Source: a bacterium
GTDB taxonomy: Bacteria; Zhuqueibacterota; Zhuqueibacteria; Oceanimicrobiales; Oceanimicrobiaceae
NCBI GenBank assembly: GCA_046757525.1
Contig: JBHHYI010000058.1
Location: forward strand, 1-22,976
Length of the DNA stretch: 22,976 bases
Reading direction: 5' to 3'
The position numbers and the translations under genes are program-made. The notes under the pieces are model-generated. The model saw nothing but the letters and a program-made list of their open reading frames with translations, did no database searches and was not told the DNA's origin. Position 1 is the stretch's first letter. Every line of letters starts with the position of its first letter. Positions 18,432 to 22,976 of this stretch are shown in pieces.

Positions 18432-18758
18432 ATGGGCAAGCAAGGGATTCCCGATCTCATCAAAAAGCAAATTGATGAGATCGTGGAACGTTTTAACAAA
18501 AAAGTAATAGGAGACCCAAATTGCTTTTACCTGACGCGATACAGAGGAAGTTTTCTGTATCTTGATAGAGAGGATCATGGAGTGAGTTCCCACGTTTGTC
18601 GTTTAAGGTACAATGGAGATATGAAGAGTTGGGATTTTGCGATATACAAATACAGTTCAGAACGTTATGACTCAGAGGAATGGTTTTTCCCTGGGGCAGG
18701 GCATGTAGACGGCACCATTGAAGGAGCCATGAAAGCAGGTCTTGAAGCTTATCCTTAG
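18432..18758 (+). CDS. Conserved hypothetical protein
   Basis: Start ATG 18432 after AAAGGAG. The segment RYRGSFLYLD...CRLRYNG....WDFAIYKYSSERY looks like a real folded domain. Confidence 0.7.
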   Translation: MGKQGIPDLIKKQIDEIVERFNKKVIGDPNCFYLTRYRGSFLYLDREDHGVSSHVCRLRYNGDMKSWDFAIYKYSSERYDSEEWFFPGAGHVDGTIEGAMKAGLEAYP

Positions 18759-18787
18759 TCTGAGAGAATGCGTGTCTTTCTTTTGAG

Positions 18788-18816
18788 TTTACTTTGGTTG
18801 ATACGACGGTTATAAT
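18788..18816 (+). promoter_or_regulatory. Sigma70 promoter of the higBA-like locus
   Basis: TTTACT-N17-TATAAT. Confidence 0.55.
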
Positions 18817-19035
18817 GAACTTTGTACTTTGCCTGGCTTGCGTTGCCATCCACTGAAAGGAGACAGACAGGGACAGTGGGCAGTAAAGCTAACGGGATTC
18901 TATAGGTTGATATTCACTTTGGAGGGGAAAAAGCCTGCCAAGGGCCCGTCAAGGACTGGGCTACTGACTGGGCGGACCACTGACTGGTTAGAAATCGCGC
19001 ATATAGAGGAGGTGAGCAAACATTATGATGATTAA
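18814..19035 (+). pseudogene. higB: HigB/RelE-family toxin, 5'-truncated, with a 54-bp in-frame insertion
   Basis: Reads NELCTLPGLRCHPLKGDRQGQWAVKLTGFYRLIF...LEIAHIEEVSKHYDD, the C-terminal half of HigB. There is an in-frame stop just upstream and no N-terminal half or SD. Confidence 0.8.
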
Positions 19036-20119
19036 AGAACACACTCACTCCGATTTGGCAATACCACCTGGTGAGTACTTAGAAGAAGTTATCTCCGAAT
19101 TGGGCATGACCAAGAATGAGCTGGCTCGGCGTATGAGCCGTCCTGCTCCTAAGCTGAGTGCCATTTTTGCTGGTGACAAAGCTATAACTCCAGATACTGC
19201 TTTACAGTTAGAAAAGGTTGTTGGTGTGCCTGCCCATATCTGGACGGGATTGGAAGCTGAATATCGATTAACTTTAGCTCGCAATCAGGAAGTTCTTGAA
19301 ATGCAAAGACTACGTGACGAAAGCCGTTTAGTCACTAAGTTTTGCTACCCGCAACTAGTTAAATTAGGATTTGTCGCCAAGAAAACTAAGGTGATAGAGA
19401 AAGTCCAGGAATTGCAACATTTTTTTGGCGTGACCTCGCTAAAAAATATTTCAGTCTTAAAGCGTTACCAAGTGGCTTTTCGACAAGGGACTGGGAAGCG
19501 ATCACCTGAAGCGACCTCAGCGTGGTTAAGAATCGGAGAATTACAGGGTCAAAAGACAGAGTCTGTGCCTTTTAAAAAGGATGTTTTAGAAGGCGCACTT
19601 CCGTCTATTCGTGGCATGACGCAACTATTCCCACAAAAATTTGAAACTCAACTACGCCAAATTCTTTTAGATGCTGGTGTCGTACTTGTTCTCTGTCCGC
19701 ACTTACCAAAAACCTATCTACATGGTGCTACTTTTTGGTTGGGTCAGAACAAGGCAGTTCTAATGCTAACAATTCGGTGCAGTTGGGCAGATATTTTTTG
19801 GTTCAGCCTTTTTCATGAGATTGGTCACCTTCTGTTACATAGCAAGCAAATGGTTTTTTTGGAAGGAGATGATCGGGAACACGAATTAGATAAACCTGAG
19901 AAGGAAGCCGATAGATTTGCCGCGGACATATTAATTCCGCCGGAAGATTACAAATCTTTTCTCAAAGCAAAGGCTTTTTATCCACGAGACATCGAAATCT
20001 TTGCATGTCGCTTGGGGATCGATCCGGGCATCGTCGTAGGACGTTTACAGCATGATGGTTATTTTGAAAACTCATGGCATAACCGGCTCCGTTCTAGATA
20101 CGAATGGGAAAATAGATAA
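19025..20119 (+). CDS. higA: HigA-family antitoxin: Xre HTH fused to an ImmA/IrrE-like metallopeptidase domain
   Basis: PPGEYLEEVISELGMTKNELARRM...ITPDTALQLE (HigA HTH); FWFSLFHEIGH (HExxH) and EKEADRFAADILIP; SD GAGGAGGTG. Confidence 0.9.
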   Translation: MMIKEHTHSDLAIPPGEYLEEVISELGMTKNELARRMSRPAPKLSAIFAGDKAITPDTALQLEKVVGVPAHIWTGLEAEYRLTLARNQEVLEMQRLRDESRLVTKFCYPQLVKLGFVAKKTKVIEKVQELQHFFGVTSLKNISVLKRYQVAFRQGTGKRSPEATSAWLRIGELQGQKTESVPFKKDVLEGALPSIRGMTQLFPQKFETQLRQILLDAGVVLVLCPHLPKTYLHGATFWLGQNKAVLMLTIRCSWADIFWFSLFHEIGHLLLHSKQMVFLEGDDREHELDKPEKEADRFAADILIPPEDYKSFLKAKAFYPRDIEIFACRLGIDPGIVVGRLQHDGYFENSWHNRLRSRYEWENR

Positions 20120-20134
20120 AAGCTCCAACCATCT

Positions 20135-20211
20135 CACGCTCGCAGTGGATTACCCCCGTGCTCAACCCACCAGGGAATCCCCCTGCGCCGATCCTGAGCC
20201 TATCAAAGGGG
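20135..20211. repeat. Palindromic repeat (inverted partner of 17650-17706) followed by a degenerate REP-like unit
   Basis: CACGCTCGCAGTGGATT...CCCACCAGGGAATCCCCCTGCG, then CCTGAGCCTATCAAAGGG. Confidence 0.55.
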
Positions 20212-20315
20212 AATAATTGAATTCAGGATTGCATCCCTATAAAATCGTTGACAAGGCGTCAGATTCCAGGATGTAATGCGGGACATGAAGAACTTTACGT
20301 CAAAGGAGGCATGAC

Positions 20316-21077
20316 ATGCAGTTTTCCAACAAAACCGTCCTGGTAACGGGAGCTTCCCGTGGCATTGGGCGCACCGTTGCCCGGCAGTTCGCAGAAGCAG
20401 AGGCGCGCGTGGCCGTACATTACCACCAAAACAAAGCGGCCGCAGAAGAAACGCTGAGGTCGCTCTCCGGCAGTCAGCAACATTTCGTCGTGCAGGCAGA
20501 TTTGGCGCGTGCAGAGGCAGCGCAAAAACTCGTTGAAGCCGTCGTTGACAAAATGCAGCGAATTGATGTGCTGGTGAACAACGCTGGCATATTTGAGCAC
20601 CACCGTATCGCGGAGATCGATTTTGAGCACTGGCAAGACGCGTGGAACCGTACGCTGGGCACCAATCTCTTAGGCCCGGCCCATGTCACCTTCTGGGTGG
20701 TGCAAAATATGCTCGAACACGGCGGCGGGCGCATTGTCAACGTCACTTCGCGCGGGGCGTTTCGCGGTGAGCCGCAAGCTCCAGCCTACGGGGCCAGCAA
20801 AGCGGGCCTTAACGCCCTGAGCCAATCTCTAGCCAAAGCGCTGGCACCGCACAACATTTTTGTTTACGCTGTCGCGCCCGGCTTTGTGGAGACGGCCATG
20901 GCCAGACCCCTGTTGCAGGGTGCCCAGGGCGAAGCCATCCGCCAGCAGAGTCCGCTGGGACGCGTTGCCAGGACCGAAGAGGTCGCCCGCACCGTGCTTT
21001 TCCTGGCCTCTGAAGGCACCGATTACCTCACCGGCTGCATTGTAGACGTCAACGGCGCCTCCTACTTGCGCACCTGA
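20316..21077 (+). CDS. SDR family NAD(P)-dependent oxidoreductase (FabG-like)
   Basis: [19 protein letters not shown] and VAPGFVET motifs; SD AAAGGAGG. Confidence 0.95.
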   Translation: MQFSNKTVLVTGASRGIGRTVARQFAEAEARVAVHYHQNKAAAEETLRSLSGSQQHFVVQADLARAEAAQKLVEAVVDKMQRIDVLVNNAGIFEHHRIAEIDFEHWQDAWNRTLGTNLLGPAHVTFWVVQNMLEHGGGRIVNVTSRGAFRGEPQAPAYGASKAGLNALSQSLAKALAPHNIFVYAVAPGFVETAMARPLLQGAQGEAIRQQSPLGRVARTEEVARTVLFLASEGTDYLTGCIVDVNGASYLRT

Positions 21078-21225
21078 AGTGGAATTGAGAGTTTTAGGCC
21101 ATCCGCAGTTTATGTTGGCTACTCAGGGGTCGATATAAAATCTGTTGAGTTAATCGCACAAAATGTTTACCTTCAATCTGACTTCGAAACCGGTGCAGCC
21201 AAGCTCTCAAGTTCGCTAAAGGAAA

Positions 21226-21927
21226 ATGAAATTGAAATACCACCTGTTGATGCTGGTGCTCCTCATTGCAAAACCCAGTTTCTCCCAAAATGTGCAAAAT
21301 TCGGCTCATGAAAACAATGCCAAACAAGTCCATGCTGAGCCTTCTCGGGCCTTGGTTCCTCTGGTCAAAGGCAGGCGGGAGTTCAGCCTTTGGGCAGGTT
21401 TTTCGTTCAACTCGCCTTCAGGCTACTATTTGGGGATTACCGGGGATCGCGAGTTCTTCATTGCCGGAATTCGCTTCGGCACCATCGTGGCGGCCAACAG
21501 GAACGTGGCCCTGGAATATGTGTTCGACCTGATTCCTGCGGCTGTGGTGACCAACAATCCGATCCACCAGGTGGACGGAGCCCCACTTTCAAACGGGGAA
21601 AACCAACCTGTACATCGGGGTTCGGTTTATGGCGCGGGATTGGCGCCGATTGGTTTACAGCTCTACATGTGGCCACGAAATCGTCTCAGGCTCTTTTTTG
21701 GTGGCACCGGCGGCTTTCTTTCTTTCCTGAAAGACGTGCCGGTCCTGGATGCGCGCAAATTCAATTTCGCTTTTGACCTGGGCCTCGGTGTGCAAATGAT
21801 CACCCGCTCAAACCTGGCCGTTACCTTTGGTTACAAACTGCACCATTTGTCCAATGCCAACACGGCGGATTCGAACCCGGGCTTAGACGCCAACATTTTT
21901 TATTTAGGCGTTGCGGCCTTTAGATAG
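21226..21927 (+). CDS. Acyloxyacyl hydrolase / PagL-like lipid A 3-O-deacylase outer-membrane protein
   Basis: Signal peptide, small beta-barrel pattern, FNF motif and catalytic-type YKLHHLSNA...NPGLD. Confidence 0.85.
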   Translation: MKLKYHLLMLVLLIAKPSFSQNVQNSAHENNAKQVHAEPSRALVPLVKGRREFSLWAGFSFNSPSGYYLGITGDREFFIAGIRFGTIVAANRNVALEYVFDLIPAAVVTNNPIHQVDGAPLSNGENQPVHRGSVYGAGLAPIGLQLYMWPRNRLRLFFGGTGGFLSFLKDVPVLDARKFNFAFDLGLGVQMITRSNLAVTFGYKLHHLSNANTADSNPGLDANIFYLGVAAFR

Positions 21928-22628
21928 ATTCTCCTTCCTGAACACCGCCAAAGTGCCGCCTGCCTCAACCACAAAAGCCGAGCCGTTGAGTTCAGCGGGG
22001 CGCCGCTGCAACAAATCGGTGACGTCATTGTAGTAACCGATCAGGTTGCCGCGCAAACGCCAAAAGTCAAACTTAAATCCGCCGTCAAAACTCAACGTTC
22101 TTTCATGTTTAACCTCGGGATCAGGGATGTCGGAGAAACTGCTCCCCTTGCCGGAATCCAGTTTCGAAACATCGTCCAAATTGGGTGCACGAAAACCCTG
22201 ACCACTGTTGGCCACAAAAGCAACGGCATCGGCGACCCTAAAGCTCGAGCCAAAACTACCTGTGACTGCAGTTGGCGGTTACGAGCAGGCCGTCGAATTC
22301 GATCGCCTCTTCCTGCATGGCCACGTTGAGCTCAACCGTCTCGTTCGCCCGTAGCACGACCTCTTTCTTGAGCAATCTTCGAAAACCCTGCAACTGGAAG
22401 GTTACCGAATACGTGCCGGCTTTTAACCGGGCAATTCGAAAGTGCCCGTCGTCATCTGTCACATCGCCACGCTGCAAGCCGCAAAGGTAAACCTGTACAA
22501 GGACAAGCGGCTGACCATTGTCTGCATTGACTACCCTCTCTCCCAAAACCTCATCCTCGTAATAGACCCGTTATGCACTCGATTAGCACAGCCATTATCC
22601 TCTCAGTCAAACCCTTGTATTTCATCAT
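21904..22628 (-). pseudogene. TonB-dependent receptor remnant (internally deleted, frameshifted, 3'-truncated)
   Basis: ATG 22628 with SD GAGG. A carboxypeptidase-regulatory-like N domain (VTDDDGHFRIARLKAGTYSVTF...LLVTA) is joined out of frame near 22272 to a late barrel segment (ANSGQGFRAPNLDD...ERTLSFDGG). Confidence 0.8.
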
Positions 22629-22772
22629 TAAAACCTCGTTAGGCTATGATAACCGGTTTGATTTACACGATCTTGAGACTTAAATTATCCTGTTCATCCT
22701 GTCTAAATTCTTACGTCATCGCAATTGTGAAAGGATGTGCTAAGTGGGTGTGCAAAATTAAGTTGGCAATTG

Positions 22773-22921
22773 GTAACCGTTCACCTGCCCTAACGATCCC
22801 GTAAGGAATGTGAGGTTGGTGTTTTGTCATTCCCGCAATCTTTTGAGCGGGAATCCACAACGGCCTTCCAAATGGATTCCTGCTAAAAACATGCAGGAAT
22901 GACATCGTGCTGAACTGTTAC
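22773..22921. mobile_element. 149-bp MITE with 11-bp terminal inverted repeats and 8-bp target site duplication
   Basis: GTAACCGTTCA (22773-22783) and TGAACTGTTAC (22911-22921) are 10/11 complementary; GGCAATTG flanks both sides (22765-22772, 22922-22929). Confidence 0.8.
22825..22904. repeat. REP-like doublet inside the MITE
   Basis: GTCATTCCCGC..GCGGGAATCCA, then TGGATTCCTGC..GCAGGAATGAC: two hairpins in inverted orientation. Confidence 0.8.
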
Positions 22922-22976
22922 GGCAATTGTATCTGGCAAAGGTAACATTTGTTTCTTAAGGCAAAGACACATACAC

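Noticed and set aside
1..22976. CRISPR array, tRNA or rRNA genes, intact transposase or integrase
   Set aside because: No regularly spaced direct repeats, cloverleaf or rRNA motifs, or recombinase ORFs were seen by eye.

Overview
Bacterial diderm chromosomal DNA of moderate GC. The gene content suggests an FCB-group or KSB1-like organism, but that is an impression only. Left part (minus strand): the 5' half of a di-heme cytochrome c peroxidase-family lipoprotein that the ORF track missed, a sigma54-type four-gene operon (secreted protein, stand-alone FecR-domain protein, Ig-like/beta-barrel outer-membrane protein, CHASE2 adenylate cyclase) that looks like a trans-envelope cAMP signalling system, and a site-2 protease. 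Middle (plus strand): a GldA/GldF-GldG/DUF4340 ABC transporter operon with a terminator. About 14.7-20.2 kb: an AT-richer accessory island with hallmarks of a decayed integron and no integrase. It holds a Pc-like promoter, an attI-like GTTAGAC site, a cassette encoding a frameshifted P-loop ATPase/winged-helix/Zn-ribbon protein closed by a clear attC, two toxin-antitoxin loci with broken toxins, and a DUF6398-like gene pair. Right part: an SDR, a PagL-like acyloxyacyl hydrolase, a collapsed TonB-dependent receptor pseudogene, and a 149-bp MITE with an 8-bp target duplication that carries a REP doublet. All family assignments come from motif recognition by eye, not database searches.
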